Assembly (NCBI RefSeq): GCF_900199515.1
Contig: NZ_LT963434.1
Coordinates: 144,057-176,056, forward strand
DNA from: Massilicoli timonensis
GTDB taxonomy: Bacteria; Bacillota_I; Bacilli_A; Erysipelotrichales; Erysipelotrichaceae
DNA length: 32,000 bases
Direction: 5' to 3'
The translations under genes and the position numbers were made by a program. Each line of letters opens with the position of its first letter. Position 1 is the first letter of the stretch. Under the pieces are notes generated by a model. The model ran no database searches and was not told where the DNA came from. It worked only from the letters and a program-made list of their open reading frames with translations. Shown piece by piece: positions 1 through 9,530 of the stretch.

Positions 1-1
1 T

Positions 2-631
2 TGTGAACAATGCGGCTTTGGCGATGTGTCTTATCGTGTATATGGAGAAAACTGTGATTTTACGGATCGTTCGTTTATGGTTGGCGCTACGCGTTATCAT
101 GCACCGCAGAACGCATTATATGCGATGTATAATGCCGTTGCTTTGCTAGGGGTATGTGAAGCAGCCGACATCTCTTTCGTATATGCCAAAGCGGTATTAG
201 ATCATTTTGAATTAAAGGACGGACGCAGCGAAGCGTTTTTGATCGGCGGGAAGCGATGTATGCTGAATCTGGTGAAAAATCCGACCGGCGCCAATGAAAC
301 GATGAAGTTTATCATGGAGGATCCAAGTAAAAAAATGATCGTGATCATCTTGAATGACAACGATCAGGACGGCTGTGATGTTTCCTGGATCTGGGATGCG
401 CATTTTGAGCGGCTTTGCGATCACAGTGTCACGCGCATTGTTTGCAGCGGGAAGCGCGCATATGATATGGCGCTGCGGTTTCACTATGGAGATTTTGCCG
501 GAGAACTTACGGTAATCGAGGATTTAGAAGCAGCGCTTGCAGAAGTGAGGCAAACCTCTGATCGGCCTTATGTCATCGCGACTTATACCGCATTGCAGCC
601 GGCACGCAGCGTGCTGAGGAGGATGACATAA
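2..631 (+). CDS. murT: Lipid II isoglutaminyl synthase subunit MurT, C-terminal part (5' end outside window)
   Basis: Reading frame is open from the window edge (..CEQCGFGDVSYRVYGENCDF.., a CxxC zinc-ribbon-like element). C-terminal Mur-ligase/DUF1727-like sequence (NPTGANETMKF). The stop overlaps the next start (TAATG at 629-633), and a GatD-type amidotransferase follows, the obligatory partner. Confidence 0.8.
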   Translation, partial: CEQCGFGDVSYRVYGENCDFTDRSFMVGATRYHAPQNALYAMYNAVALLGVCEAADISFVYAKAVLDHFELKDGRSEAFLIGGKRCMLNLVKNPTGANETMKFIMEDPSKKMIVIILNDNDQDGCDVSWIWDAHFERLCDHSVTRIVCSGKRAYDMALRFHYGDFAGELTVIEDLEAALAEVRQTSDRPYVIATYTALQPARSVLRRMT

Positions 632-1365
632 TGGAATTAAAGATATTGTGGATGTATCATGATGTCATGGATCTTTATGGGGATAAAGGAAATATCGCAG
701 TGCTGAAAAAACGCTGTGAACGCAGAGGAATTGCAGTGCAGATCGATACATGCGGGATGGGGGAAAGGGCAGATATGTGCGCCTATGATCTGATTTTTAT
801 GGGGGGAGGAGCAGATAAGGAGCAGTCTTTGCTGTACCAGGATCTGATCAAGCGAAAAGAACAGGTGCAGGCGGCTTTGGAAAGCGGCAGTTTTATATTG
901 CTGATCTGCGGCGGATATCAGCTGTTTGGCAAGTATTATGTCGATGCGTTCGGCAATCAGATCGAAGGATTGGGGCTGTTTCCTTATTACACCAATGCGG
1001 CGGCGGACAATAAGCGCTGTATCGGCAACGTCTTGATCGAAGCAAATTTAGATGGAGAAAGGGTTGAAGTCATCGGCTTTGAAAATCACGGCGGCCAAAG
1101 TGAAGGCGTTACGCAGCCATTTGGCAAAGTGATCATCGGACATGGGAATGTGTTTCATGGCACATATGAGGGATTTTATAACGGACAGGTACTGGGTACT
1201 TATTTACATGGACCGTTGTTGCCGAAAAATGCGAAGCTGGCCGATCACATTCTGAAAAAAGCGTTGAAAAAGCGCTATGGTGAAGTAACGCTGGCACCAT
1301 TAGATGATACATGGGAAAACAAGGCGTTTGCGGCGATGAAAAAACGGCTGATTCATGCAAAATAA
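631..1365 (+). CDS. gatD: Lipid II isoglutaminyl synthase glutaminase subunit GatD (CobQ-type class I amidotransferase)
   Basis: 244 aa. Nucleophile-Cys motif LICGGYQLFG and His motif YLHGPLLPKN. Translationally coupled to murT. Confidence 0.85.
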   Translation: MELKILWMYHDVMDLYGDKGNIAVLKKRCERRGIAVQIDTCGMGERADMCAYDLIFMGGGADKEQSLLYQDLIKRKEQVQAALESGSFILLICGGYQLFGKYYVDAFGNQIEGLGLFPYYTNAAADNKRCIGNVLIEANLDGERVEVIGFENHGGQSEGVTQPFGKVIIGHGNVFHGTYEGFYNGQVLGTYLHGPLLPKNAKLADHILKKALKKRYGEVTLAPLDDTWENKAFAAMKKRLIHAK

Positions 1366-1366
1366 T

Positions 1367-1410
1367 TTGATAAAATACTTGATAACCCTTTGAAAATAGG
1401 TTATTATAAT
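1367..1410 (+). promoter_or_regulatory. Candidate sigma-A promoter(s) for the rimP-nusA-infB operon
   Basis: Two overlapping candidates. One is an extended -10 TGATAAAAT at 1368-1376. The other is TTGATA (1379-1384), a 17-nt spacer, then TATTAT (1402-1407), with TATAAT at 1405-1410. The choice cannot be resolved from sequence alone. Confidence 0.4.
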
Positions 1411-1425
1411 CAAGTAGAGCAAACG

Positions 1426-1456
1426 AGGAGTGGGTCTTCCCACTCCTTCATTTATG
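1426..1456 (+). terminator. Leader hairpin with weak U-tract upstream of rimP (candidate attenuator)
   Basis: Perfect 9-bp stem AGGAGTGGG/CCCACTCCT (1426-1434 / 1439-1447) with loop TCTT, followed by TCATTTAT. It lies downstream of the promoter candidates, and there is no room for a promoter between it and the rimP SD (1462-1469). Confidence 0.4.
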
Positions 1457-1472
1457 AAAAAAAGGAGGGTAT

Positions 1473-1943
1473 ATGGATCAAATCAGCGCATTAAGGGAGT
1501 GGATCACAGCGATCGTGGAACAAAACGGCATGCTTGTTTATGATATTTCTTGGCAGCCGATGGGAAATATGAAAAGCTTGCAGGTATCGATCATGAAAGG
1601 GGACGGCACGATGGATCTGGACAGCTGCGCGATGATATCGGAACAGCTTTCCGCTATGCTTGATGAAAAAGATCTGATCAAGCATGAGTATTATTTAGAA
1701 GTCTGTTCGCCCGGTGCGGAACGAGAACTGCGAAACTTTGAAGAAGTAAAGGCGGCTGTGGGCGAATATGTGTATGTAAAATTGAAGAATGTCATGGCCA
1801 AAGGGATTTACGAAGTGCTTGGCACATTGGAAAAGTGTGAAGAAGGGATGCTTTCCATGACATATATGGATAAAGCGAGCAAGCGGAAAATCGATATTGC
1901 CTATGACAATGTCGCCTTGATTCGCTTAGCGGTAAAACTATAA
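1473..1943 (+). CDS. rimP: Ribosome maturation factor RimP
   Basis: 156 aa, SD AAGGAGGG 6 nt upstream. Position immediately upstream of nusA and a typical RimP N-terminus (..YDISW..LQVSI..). Confidence 0.9.
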   Translation: MDQISALREWITAIVEQNGMLVYDISWQPMGNMKSLQVSIMKGDGTMDLDSCAMISEQLSAMLDEKDLIKHEYYLEVCSPGAERELRNFEEVKAAVGEYVYVKLKNVMAKGIYEVLGTLEKCEEGMLSMTYMDKASKRKIDIAYDNVALIRLAVKL

Positions 1944-1958
1944 GGAGAGAGTAAGAAG

Positions 1959-3602
1959 ATGAAGTTAAAAGATTTTATGGCTGCGATGTCCGCAATCGAG
2001 AGCGACCGCAAACTGACTAAGGAGGTTGTGGTAAGCGCATTAGAGGAAGCGTTGTCAAAAGCATTTCGAAAACAGATCGAGATTCCAGATGCGTTGGTGC
2101 GCGTGGACATCAATGAAAAAAGCGGAGAGATCCATGTTTATCAGCAGCGCACCGTTGTGGAAACTGTGGAAGATGATGAATTGGAGATTGCTTTGGCCGA
2201 TGCAAAAGCATTGAATCAGGAATATGTGCTGGGCGATCTGGTAGACAGCGAGGTGGATATCACCAAGCTGGGCCGGGCAGCGGTGATCTTGGCGAAAAAC
2301 GTCATGAAGCAGAAGATCCGAGAAGCGGAAAAGCAGGTCATTTATGATGAATACTGCGATAAGGTCGAAGAAATGGTAGTCGGCACCGTTGAAACGGTCG
2401 AGGAGAAATTTGCTTTGGTCAATATCGGCAAAACGTTGGCGTTGATGCCGAGAACGGCGCAGATCCCGGGGGAACGCTATTATGAGAATCAGCGCCTAAG
2501 AGTAGTGATTACGGAAGTAAACAAAGAAACCAAAGGGGCGCAGGTACTGGTATCCCGTGCTGATGCGGCTTTGGTAAAGCGTTTATTTGAAAAAGAAGTG
2601 CCGGAGATCTATCAGGGCGTGATTGAGATTCGCGCGATTGCCCGTGATGCCGGAGAACGTACGAAGATGGCTGTTTACAGTCATAATGAAAATGTTGATC
2701 CGATCGGTGCCTGCATCGGTCCAAGAGGTTCCCGCGTACAGGTGATCATTGAAGAGCTGGGCGGTGAAAAGATCGATATTTTTGAATGGAGCGAGGATGT
2801 CAGCGAACTGATCAAGAACGCTTTATCACCGGCTGAAGTGCTGGCGGTCATTCCAAGCGAGGAAAAACGCGGTCTGTTGGTCGTCGTAGCGGATCATCAG
2901 CTGTCGCTTGCGATCGGTAAAAAGGGCAAGAACGCACGTCTGGCTGTAAAACTGACCGGTAATAAGATCGATATCAAATCGGAAAGCGATGTTGAAGCAA
3001 TGGGCATTGACTGGCGGGCGATCGCCATTCGTCAGCAGGAAGAAGCGCGGGCGAAGCTGGAAGAGCGTCGGGCTTTGGAACAGATGGAGCACTTTGCTTC
3101 TGTTCGCAATGAAATGGAGCAGGAGGAAAGCGTGCTGCCGGAAGAAATCCATACGCCGATCATTGAAGAATATGTGGCGGATGTCATTGCGCAGGAAGAA
3201 AATAGGGATGCTGCGGTTGCAGAAAGCAAGGAAAGCGCACCGCTGGAAACGACGGTTGTCGTAGATGAATTGGAAGAAGCGGCACGTATTGCCAAAGAGA
3301 AGAAAAAGGCAAGCGGCATGAGCGTGAAGCATGAATATGTTTCTAAACTGGAACAGTTGGCTGATGCTTCCGGAAAGAGCGAAGAAAAAACGGTGAGCAG
3401 AAAGAAACGCACTGAAAAAGAGGATAAGGAAGAACGTCGTAAACCGACCTTTGATCCGAAGAAAAGGGATTATGAGTTTAAGCCAATCTATTCCGAAGAA
3501 GAGCTGGCAGAGATCGCTCGACAGGAAGAGGAAGAGCGTGCCAATGATTGGATCAACGACGATATCGACTTTGATGAATACGATGAGTATTACGAGGAAT
3601 AG
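1959..3602 (+). CDS. nusA: Transcription termination/antitermination factor NusA with long acidic C-terminal extension
   Basis: 547 aa. NTD, S1 (VVGTVETVEEKFALVNIG) and KH1/KH2 (IGACIGPRGSRVQ, LAIGKKGKNARLA) end at about residue 345. The remainder is an E/K/R/A-rich tail ending DDIDFDEYDEYYEE. Confidence 0.95.
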   Translation: MKLKDFMAAMSAIESDRKLTKEVVVSALEEALSKAFRKQIEIPDALVRVDINEKSGEIHVYQQRTVVETVEDDELEIALADAKALNQEYVLGDLVDSEVDITKLGRAAVILAKNVMKQKIREAEKQVIYDEYCDKVEEMVVGTVETVEEKFALVNIGKTLALMPRTAQIPGERYYENQRLRVVITEVNKETKGAQVLVSRADAALVKRLFEKEVPEIYQGVIEIRAIARDAGERTKMAVYSHNENVDPIGACIGPRGSRVQVIIEELGGEKIDIFEWSEDVSELIKNALSPAEVLAVIPSEEKRGLLVVVADHQLSLAIGKKGKNARLAVKLTGNKIDIKSESDVEAMGIDWRAIAIRQQEEARAKLEERRALEQMEHFASVRNEMEQEESVLPEEIHTPIIEEYVADVIAQEENRDAAVAESKESAPLETTVVVDELEEAARIAKEKKKASGMSVKHEYVSKLEQLADASGKSEEKTVSRKKRTEKEDKEERRKPTFDPKKRDYEFKPIYSEEELAEIARQEEEERANDWINDDIDFDEYDEYYEE

Positions 3603-3617
3603 ACAAGGAGGGCGTTT

Positions 3618-3878
3618 ATGAGAAAGATCCCGATGCGGCGCTGTGTCGCAACGCAGGAGCAGCTGCCGAAAAAAGAACTGATCCGCGTGGTTCGTACCCC
3701 GCAGGGCGAGGTACAGATCGATGTAACCGGCAAAGCGAATGGGCGCGGTGCCTATTTGAAGCTCAGCAAAGAGGCGATCGAGCTTGCGAAAAAGAAAAAG
3801 GCGCTGGCAAGAGCGCTGTCCTGTGAGATCCCGGCAGAGATCTACGACGCCTTGTTGAAAATGGTGCCGCATGAATAA
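3618..3878 (+). CDS. ylxR: YlxR/RnpM family RNA-binding protein (DUF448)
   Basis: 86 aa. Signature RRCVATQEQLPKKELIRVV...GRGAYL. Conserved position after nusA. Confidence 0.9.
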   Translation: MRKIPMRRCVATQEQLPKKELIRVVRTPQGEVQIDVTGKANGRGAYLKLSKEAIELAKKKKALARALSCEIPAEIYDALLKMVPHE

Positions 3879-4164
3879 CTTTGAAGGAACACTGGGACTT
3901 GCTAAACGCGCGGGGAAGGTGGTCAGCGGCGATCTGATCTGGGAAAGCATCCGCAAAAAGCAGGCAAAGCTAGTTGTGATCGATGCGGACATCGGAATGA
4001 ACACACGCAAGAAGCTGAATGATAAATGTGCCTTCTATGGAATCGAAATAATGATAGCACCGCGTGCGCAGACGATCATGAACGCGATCGGGCAAAACCG
4101 CAAGGCGATTGCGATCTGCGATCAGGGGTTTGCGAACGCACTTCGGAAATGGAAAGGAACGTGA
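3871..4164 (+). CDS. ylxQ: L7Ae/L30e family RNA-binding protein (YlxQ-like)
   Basis: 97 aa, overlaps the ylxR stop by 8 nt. GLAKRAGKVVSG motif typical of L7Ae-like proteins. Conserved position before infB. Confidence 0.8.
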   Translation: MNNFEGTLGLAKRAGKVVSGDLIWESIRKKQAKLVVIDADIGMNTRKKLNDKCAFYGIEIMIAPRAQTIMNAIGQNRKAIAICDQGFANALRKWKGT

Positions 4165-4169
4165 TGTAA

Positions 4170-6020
4170 ATGGCAAATAACAAGCCGAATCGAAAAAAGC
4201 CGAATCATGCCCATAAAAAGAATCACAATAAGGGCAGTTACGGCAATTTCCCACCGAAACAAAGAGAAGAAGTAAAGGAAATCACTTATTCCGGCTCTTT
4301 GACTGTGGGCGAACTGGCAGATCTGATTCATCGCAATTCCAGCGAGATCATCAAACTGTTGTTTATGATGGGAACGATGGTAACCATCAATTCGATGCTG
4401 GATGATGAAACCATTGAACTGATCTGCATGGAATTTGGAATTGATGTGCATAAAGAAATCATCATTGAAGAAAGTGATTTCGAGGAACAGGTAGAAGAAG
4501 ACGATCCAAGCACCTTGGAAAGCCGTCCGCCGGTCGTTACGATCATGGGGCATGTCGATCATGGAAAGACGACACTGCTTGATACGATTCGTAAATCACA
4601 TGTTACAGCCGGTGAGTTTGGTGGGATCACCCAGCATATCGGTGCTTATCAGGTAACGGTAAAAGGGAAAAAAGTAACCTTTTTGGATACACCGGGTCAT
4701 GAAGCCTTTACAGCAATGCGGGCCCGCGGTGCCAAAGTTACCGATCTTGTTATCATCGTGGTAGCGGCAGATGACGGTGTCATGCCGCAGACGAAGGAAG
4801 CGATCGACCATGCGAAAGCTGCCGAAGTGCCGGTGATCGTTGCCATCAATAAAATGGATAAAGCCGGTGCGAATCCGGATCGGATCATGTCAGAAATGGC
4901 AGAGCACGGCGTGATGCCGGAAGAATGGGGCGGCGATACGATCTTCGTGCCGATTTCCGCGAAGATGGGAACCGGTGTCAATGAGTTATTGGAAACGATT
5001 TTGGTCGTAGCGGAAGTAGAAGATTTCAAAGCAAATCCGCATAAAAATGCAATGGGTACGGTAATTGAAGCAAAACTGGATAAGGGCCGTGGACCGGTGG
5101 CGACATTGTTGGTGCAAAGCGGTACGCTGCATACCGGAGATGCGTTGGTGGTAGGTACTGCCTTTGGACGTGTAAGAAAAATGGTAGATGATCAAAGACG
5201 GGAAATCAAGACGGCCGAGCCGAGCACACCGGTAGAGATCATCGGATTAAATGATGTACCGGTAGCAGGAGATCTGTTCAAATCATTTGATTCGGAAAAG
5301 AAAGCGCGTCAGATTGCTGAAGAACGTTTGGAAAAACGAATCGAAGCAGAACGTAACAGCTCCAGTGCCATGACCTTGGATGATCTGGCAAAGCGCATTG
5401 AGGAAGGCGATGTCGCCGATATCAATGTGATTGTCAAAGCAGATGTACAGGGTTCAGCTGAAGCGGTAAAGGCCAGCTTAGAGCGAATTGATGTATCCGG
5501 CGTCAGAGTGAGCGTCATTCGTTCAACTGCCGGTGCGATCTCAGAATCAGACATCATGCTTGCCAGTGCGAGCAAGGCGGTCATCTATGGCTTTAATGTC
5601 CGTCCAAGCGCCAATATCCGTAAAAAAGCAGAAGAAGAAGGCGTTGAGATTCGTCTCCATAATATCATCTATAAAGCGATCGAAGAGATGGAAGCGGCGA
5701 TGAAGGGAATGTTGGCGCCGGTATATGAAGAAGTCATCATCGGGCAGGCCGAAGTACGTCAGATCTATAAGGTTTCCAAGGTCGGAACGATTGCCGGTTC
5801 GATGGTAACGGACGGTTCGATCAAGCGTGATTGCAGCGTGCGATTGATTCGTGACGGCGTGGTGATCTATACCGGAAAACTGGGTTCCTTAAAACGATTC
5901 CAAAACGATGCGAAAGAAGTAACAGCCGGATATGACTGCGGTTTAACGATCGAGAATTTCAATGACATCAAGGAAGGCGATATCATTGAGGCCTATGAAG
6001 ATCAGATCGTAGAGGCATAA
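4170..6020 (+). CDS. infB: Translation initiation factor IF-2
   Basis: 616 aa. G-domain motifs [17 protein letters not shown] and SAK. Short lysine-rich N-terminus. Confidence 0.97.
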   Translation: MANNKPNRKKPNHAHKKNHNKGSYGNFPPKQREEVKEITYSGSLTVGELADLIHRNSSEIIKLLFMMGTMVTINSMLDDETIELICMEFGIDVHKEIIIEESDFEEQVEEDDPSTLESRPPVVTIMGHVDHGKTTLLDTIRKSHVTAGEFGGITQHIGAYQVTVKGKKVTFLDTPGHEAFTAMRARGAKVTDLVIIVVAADDGVMPQTKEAIDHAKAAEVPVIVAINKMDKAGANPDRIMSEMAEHGVMPEEWGGDTIFVPISAKMGTGVNELLETILVVAEVEDFKANPHKNAMGTVIEAKLDKGRGPVATLLVQSGTLHTGDALVVGTAFGRVRKMVDDQRREIKTAEPSTPVEIIGLNDVPVAGDLFKSFDSEKKARQIAEERLEKRIEAERNSSSAMTLDDLAKRIEEGDVADINVIVKADVQGSAEAVKASLERIDVSGVRVSVIRSTAGAISESDIMLASASKAVIYGFNVRPSANIRKKAEEEGVEIRLHNIIYKAIEEMEAAMKGMLAPVYEEVIIGQAEVRQIYKVSKVGTIAGSMVTDGSIKRDCSVRLIRDGVVIYTGKLGSLKRFQNDAKEVTAGYDCGLTIENFNDIKEGDIIEAYEDQIVEA

Positions 6021-6023
6021 CAG

Positions 6024-6377
6024 ATGAGCGTAAAAACTGAAAAAATTGCCGGCATCATCTTAAAAAATGTTTCAGAGATCATTCAGTTTCAATTAAAGGA
6101 CCCCAAGATCGGTTTTGTGACGATTACCGATGTAGAAGTAACCAATGATCTTTCGATCGCCAAGATCTATGTTTCTTTTCTCGGTAAACAGGAGCGCAAT
6201 GATGCGGGACTGGCGGCATTAGAAAGAAGCAAAGGCTTTATTCGCAGTGAATTGGCAAAGCGGATGAAGCTGCGCAAAGTGCCGAGCTTAACTTTTATTC
6301 AAGATCGCTCTTTGGCAAAAGGAAATCGGATCGAATCGATCATTGCTTCTTTCCATGACAAAGATAAAAAAGACTGA
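6024..6377 (+). CDS. rbfA: Ribosome-binding factor A
   Basis: 117 aa. Typical RbfA sequence (VTITDVEVTNDLSIAKIYVS) and position after infB. Confidence 0.95.
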   Translation: MSVKTEKIAGIILKNVSEIIQFQLKDPKIGFVTITDVEVTNDLSIAKIYVSFLGKQERNDAGLAALERSKGFIRSELAKRMKLRKVPSLTFIQDRSLAKGNRIESIIASFHDKDKKD

Positions 6378-6397
6378 CATGAAGTCGGTCTTTTTTT
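6371..6397. terminator. Bidirectional intrinsic terminator between rbfA and the convergent P-type ATPase gene
   Basis: Stem AGACTGAC/GTCGGTCT (one G-U pair) with loop ATGAA. T-run 6391-6397 on the plus strand and an A-run (6366-6371) giving a T-run on the minus strand. Confidence 0.75.
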
Positions 6398-6442
6398 GTT
6401 GCTTTGTGACAGATGCTTTCTTTTTATTGTTTGGAAAGTAGT

Positions 6443-8830
6443 TTAGTCTTTTGCATCTTCTTTTTTCATCATCGTTTCTACGATGTGCTTTGCTTTTTGC
6501 ATACGGGACAATACGCTGCTGAGCAATGCCATATAAAAAGGGATCGTAAGCGTACCGCCCAATACAAATAATAAAGCGACGGTCGGCAGTTCTACTAGAG
6601 AAAACAAACCGGGAACAAGTACGACTGCTGCGATAAAACCGAAGCACATACTGAAAAACAGCAGTTTTCTGGTCCAGGTAAAAGGATTGCATACCCGCAA
6701 TAATACGTTTAAGCCGCTCGCCCCGGTCAGCAGTACGACCATGGTAGAAGCGATTTCATCACGATAACCCAGAATCGAACAGATGATATTGACTGCGATC
6801 ATATAAGTGATGACGCTCAATGCGCCCGGGAGCGCGCGTCCCAGTACGTTCATGATAAAATTGCCCTTGACCCGTTCATAATTAGGCTCCAGTGCCAAAA
6901 AGAAGGAAGGCACACCGATCGTCAGTGTAGAGATAAGCGTTAATTGGATCGGCATGAACGGGTAGCGTGTATCTAAGAATAAAACGAGTATTGACAAGAT
7001 CGTGGAGAAAGTCGTTTTTACTAAGAATAAGGAAGCGGCGCGCTGAATGTTATTGATGACGCGGCGACCTTCTAATACGATCTGCGGCATATTCGCAAAG
7101 TTATTGTCGAGCAGTACCAAATTGGCGATATTTTTTGCTGCATCGCTGCCGCTGGCAACGGCGATCGAGCAGTCAGCTTCCTTTAATGCGATGGCGTCAT
7201 TGACGCCATCGCCGCTCATAGCGACCGTATGCCCCTGTTCTTTTAATAAACGGACCATCAACTGCTTTTGTTTTGGCGATACGCGTCCGAATACCGCATA
7301 TTTTTTTACCGCATCGCTTAGCTGGTCATCACTTAATGTGGATGCGTCCACATAGGCATCGCAGTGCAGTACGCCGGCCTTTTGGGCAATGGCATGGACC
7401 GTTGCCGGATGGTCGCCGGAAATGATCTTGATATCAACGCCCTGTTTTTCAAAATACAGCAGCGTTTCACTTGCTTCTGCGCGAATCGGGTCACTGAGCA
7501 ATAAATAGGCGAGCAGTTCCAGATCATGCGGCGGTTTGTCTTCTTCGATGCTTTCTTGGCAGTGCGCCAATACGATGACCCGAATCCCTTGCTTTGCATA
7601 CTGTTCCAGCTGTTTTATGACTGCCGGATCTTTCTGTGCAAACAGAAATTCATAGGCGCCGATATAATAAGTGCCGTATTCCTGAAAGGTAACACCGCTG
7701 TATTTGCGAACGCTGGAGAAAGGAAGCAGTACCTCGGATTTCCAATCGCTCTCACATCCCGCATATTGCTTTAACGCCTGAGCGGTCGCATTGTCATCTT
7801 GCAGCGCATGATTGCATGCGGCCAGGATCGTTTTGATCGGCAGATCGTTTGATAACGTGATCACATCTTCCACCTGCATCATGCCTTTGGTGATCGTACC
7901 GGTCTTATCAAGGCAAAGCGTATCGACACGAGCGAGCGTTTCAATGCAGTATAATTCCTGCACTAAGGTCTTACGCTTTGCTAAATTGATGGAGCCGACC
8001 GCAAGTGCTACGGAAGTCAAAAGCACCAACCCCTCCGGGATCATGCCGACAAGTGCCGCAACCGTGGAAACGACAGATTCTGTAAAACTGTAAGAGGCGA
8101 TCCAGTAATGCTTGAGAAAAAGCAGAACACCGAGGGGAATGATGATAAACCCGATCAGCTTCAAAATGACATTGATCGAGTCCCGCAGCTGCGACTTATG
8201 GCGCTTCAAGGTCTTTGCCTCTTTAATGATCTCATATATGTAATTGTGCTTGCCGACATGCGCCACTTGGGTAATGGCCTTGCCGCTGGTAACAAAACTA
8301 CCCGAATAAAGCAGATCGCCGCAGCTTTTGATGATGACATCGCTTTCGCCGCTCAATAAGCTTTCATTTACTTCTAAGCGTCCTTCTTTGATGATCGCAT
8401 CGCTGCAGATCTGATCACCGCTTTGCAGCACCATGATATCATCTAAGACGACTTCTTCAATGTCGATTTCCTGTTGTACGCCATCTCGGATCACGGTTGC
8501 GCTTGGCGCAGCCATCAAAGACAGGCGATCCAGCACCCTTTTTGCCCGAATCTCTTGAAAGATACCGATGGCGATATTGCTGATGATGACACCGAGAAAC
8601 AAAAGATTTTTGTAGGACTGCACAAAAATGATCGCAGCGGCCAAGATCGCATTGATAAAATTGAACAGGGTAAAGACATTGTCTTTGATGATCTGCTGAT
8701 AAGACTTCGTCGTCTGCTTCAACTGTTCATTGTAGAGATGTGCCTGCATGCGCTCTGCGACCTGTTTTTTATTTAATCCGTTTCGCAGATTGACCTGTAC
8801 GCGCGTTTCCTTTTGCTTTTCCACTGTCAT
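6443..8830 (-). CDS. Cation-translocating P-type ATPase (HAD-IC family, P2-like; substrate not assignable)
   Basis: DKTGTIT phosphorylation motif, SGES actuator motif, IPEGL, and GDGVNDAIALKEAD hinge. Multiple TM segments at both ends. I chose the ATG at 8830 (SD AAGGAA 6 nt upstream) over the TTG at 8836 in the ORF track. Confidence 0.9.
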   Translation of the reverse strand: MTVEKQKETRVQVNLRNGLNKKQVAERMQAHLYNEQLKQTTKSYQQIIKDNVFTLFNFINAILAAAIIFVQSYKNLLFLGVIISNIAIGIFQEIRAKRVLDRLSLMAAPSATVIRDGVQQEIDIEEVVLDDIMVLQSGDQICSDAIIKEGRLEVNESLLSGESDVIIKSCGDLLYSGSFVTSGKAITQVAHVGKHNYIYEIIKEAKTLKRHKSQLRDSINVILKLIGFIIIPLGVLLFLKHYWIASYSFTESVVSTVAALVGMIPEGLVLLTSVALAVGSINLAKRKTLVQELYCIETLARVDTLCLDKTGTITKGMMQVEDVITLSNDLPIKTILAACNHALQDDNATAQALKQYAGCESDWKSEVLLPFSSVRKYSGVTFQEYGTYYIGAYEFLFAQKDPAVIKQLEQYAKQGIRVIVLAHCQESIEEDKPPHDLELLAYLLLSDPIRAEASETLLYFEKQGVDIKIISGDHPATVHAIAQKAGVLHCDAYVDASTLSDDQLSDAVKKYAVFGRVSPKQKQLMVRLLKEQGHTVAMSGDGVNDAIALKEADCSIAVASGSDAAKNIANLVLLDNNFANMPQIVLEGRRVINNIQRAASLFLVKTTFSTILSILVLFLDTRYPFMPIQLTLISTLTIGVPSFFLALEPNYERVKGNFIMNVLGRALPGALSVITYMIAVNIICSILGYRDEIASTMVVLLTGASGLNVLLRVCNPFTWTRKLLFFSMCFGFIAAVVLVPGLFSLVELPTVALLFVLGGTLTIPFYMALLSSVLSRMQKAKHIVETMMKKEDAKD

Positions 8831-8848
8831 CACCAATTCCTTGTCCTT

Positions 8849-8857
8849 ATTATAGCA
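8849..8857 (-). promoter_or_regulatory. Extended -10 promoter element for the P-type ATPase gene
   Basis: Minus strand reads TGCTATAAT (TGnTATAAT) about 20 nt upstream of the start. No good -35. Confidence 0.4.
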
Positions 8858-8895
8858 ATTTTTTTGCTTCTGTACCTTACAAATTTTTCATCTTC

Positions 8896-8920
8896 AAAAA
8901 AACGTGCTTTTATGCACGTG
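8896..8920 (-). terminator. Intrinsic terminator after the plsY / membrane-protein gene pair
   Basis: Minus strand shows hairpin ACGTGC-ATAAAA-GCACGT followed by TTTTTTT (complement of A-run 8896-8902). The stem overlaps the stop codon at 8910-8912. Confidence 0.6.
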
Positions 8921-9530
8921 AAAGACGCTGATAGAAATGTTCTGCGATCTGATAGAAAAAGTCGATGCAGGGCCCGAAGATCACGATCATCAAAAATGTA
9001 CCGATGCCAACCGGTCCACCCAGTAAAAGCGCAAGCACAATACCGATCGCTTCCACCAATGTTTTGGCAAAGGTGATGGAAAGATGAAAATGCTCTTTGA
9101 TGCACATCATCATATAGTCGGTGGGGTTAGGCGGTAATTTTGATACGAGATAAAATCCGGCACCAAGGGAAATAATGATCGTTCCGAGAATAAAAACAAG
9201 CGGTTTGAGCCAAGCTTCCTCAAATACAGCAAAGCGTAACAGATAGTTAAACAGATCGACGCCTGCACCGATGATCAGGGAAGTCGCCATACATTCGATA
9301 CGATAGCGTTTTCGCTCGATCATACAGGCGACAAGCAGATAAACAAACGCCCAAATATTGAGCCAAGTGCCGACGCTTAAGCCGAAATGTCGCACGAGCG
9401 CGATATTGGTCGCATCCCAGCCGCCGCAGCCAAAATCGGCGATGATCGTAACCGATATGCCCAGCGCGATCAGGATCAAGCCGATGAGAAAAAAGAGGAT
9501 CCGCTTTAACAGCTCACTTGTTACAGCCAT
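8910..9530 (-). CDS. Integral membrane protein, YczE/YitT-like
   Basis: 206 aa and hydrophobic throughout. N-terminal LIGLILIALGISVTIIADFGCGGWDATN resembles the YczE/YitT family. Its start overlaps the plsY stop by 10 nt. Confidence 0.55.
   Translation of the reverse strand: MAVTSELLKRILFFLIGLILIALGISVTIIADFGCGGWDATNIALVRHFGLSVGTWLNIWAFVYLLVACMIERKRYRIECMATSLIIGAGVDLFNYLLRFAVFEEAWLKPLVFILGTIIISLGAGFYLVSKLPPNPTDYMMMCIKEHFHLSITFAKTLVEAIGIVLALLLGGPVGIGTFLMIVIFGPCIDFFYQIAEHFYQRLSRA

Noticed and set aside
2826-4010. 394-aa ORF on the minus strand spanning the nusA tail, ylxR and ylxQ
   Set aside because: It lies antisense to three well-supported genes. Its F/L/R/S-rich composition is what the complement of GAA/AAG/GAG-rich coding produces. 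It has no SD and no recognisable motifs.
4122-4562. 146-aa minus-strand ORF overlapping the infB 5' region
   Set aside because: It is antisense to infB and ylxQ, has low-complexity composition and no translation signals.
6288-6692. 134-aa minus-strand ORF bridging the rbfA 3' end and the ATPase 3' end
   Set aside because: It runs straight through the bidirectional terminator and overlaps two supported genes.
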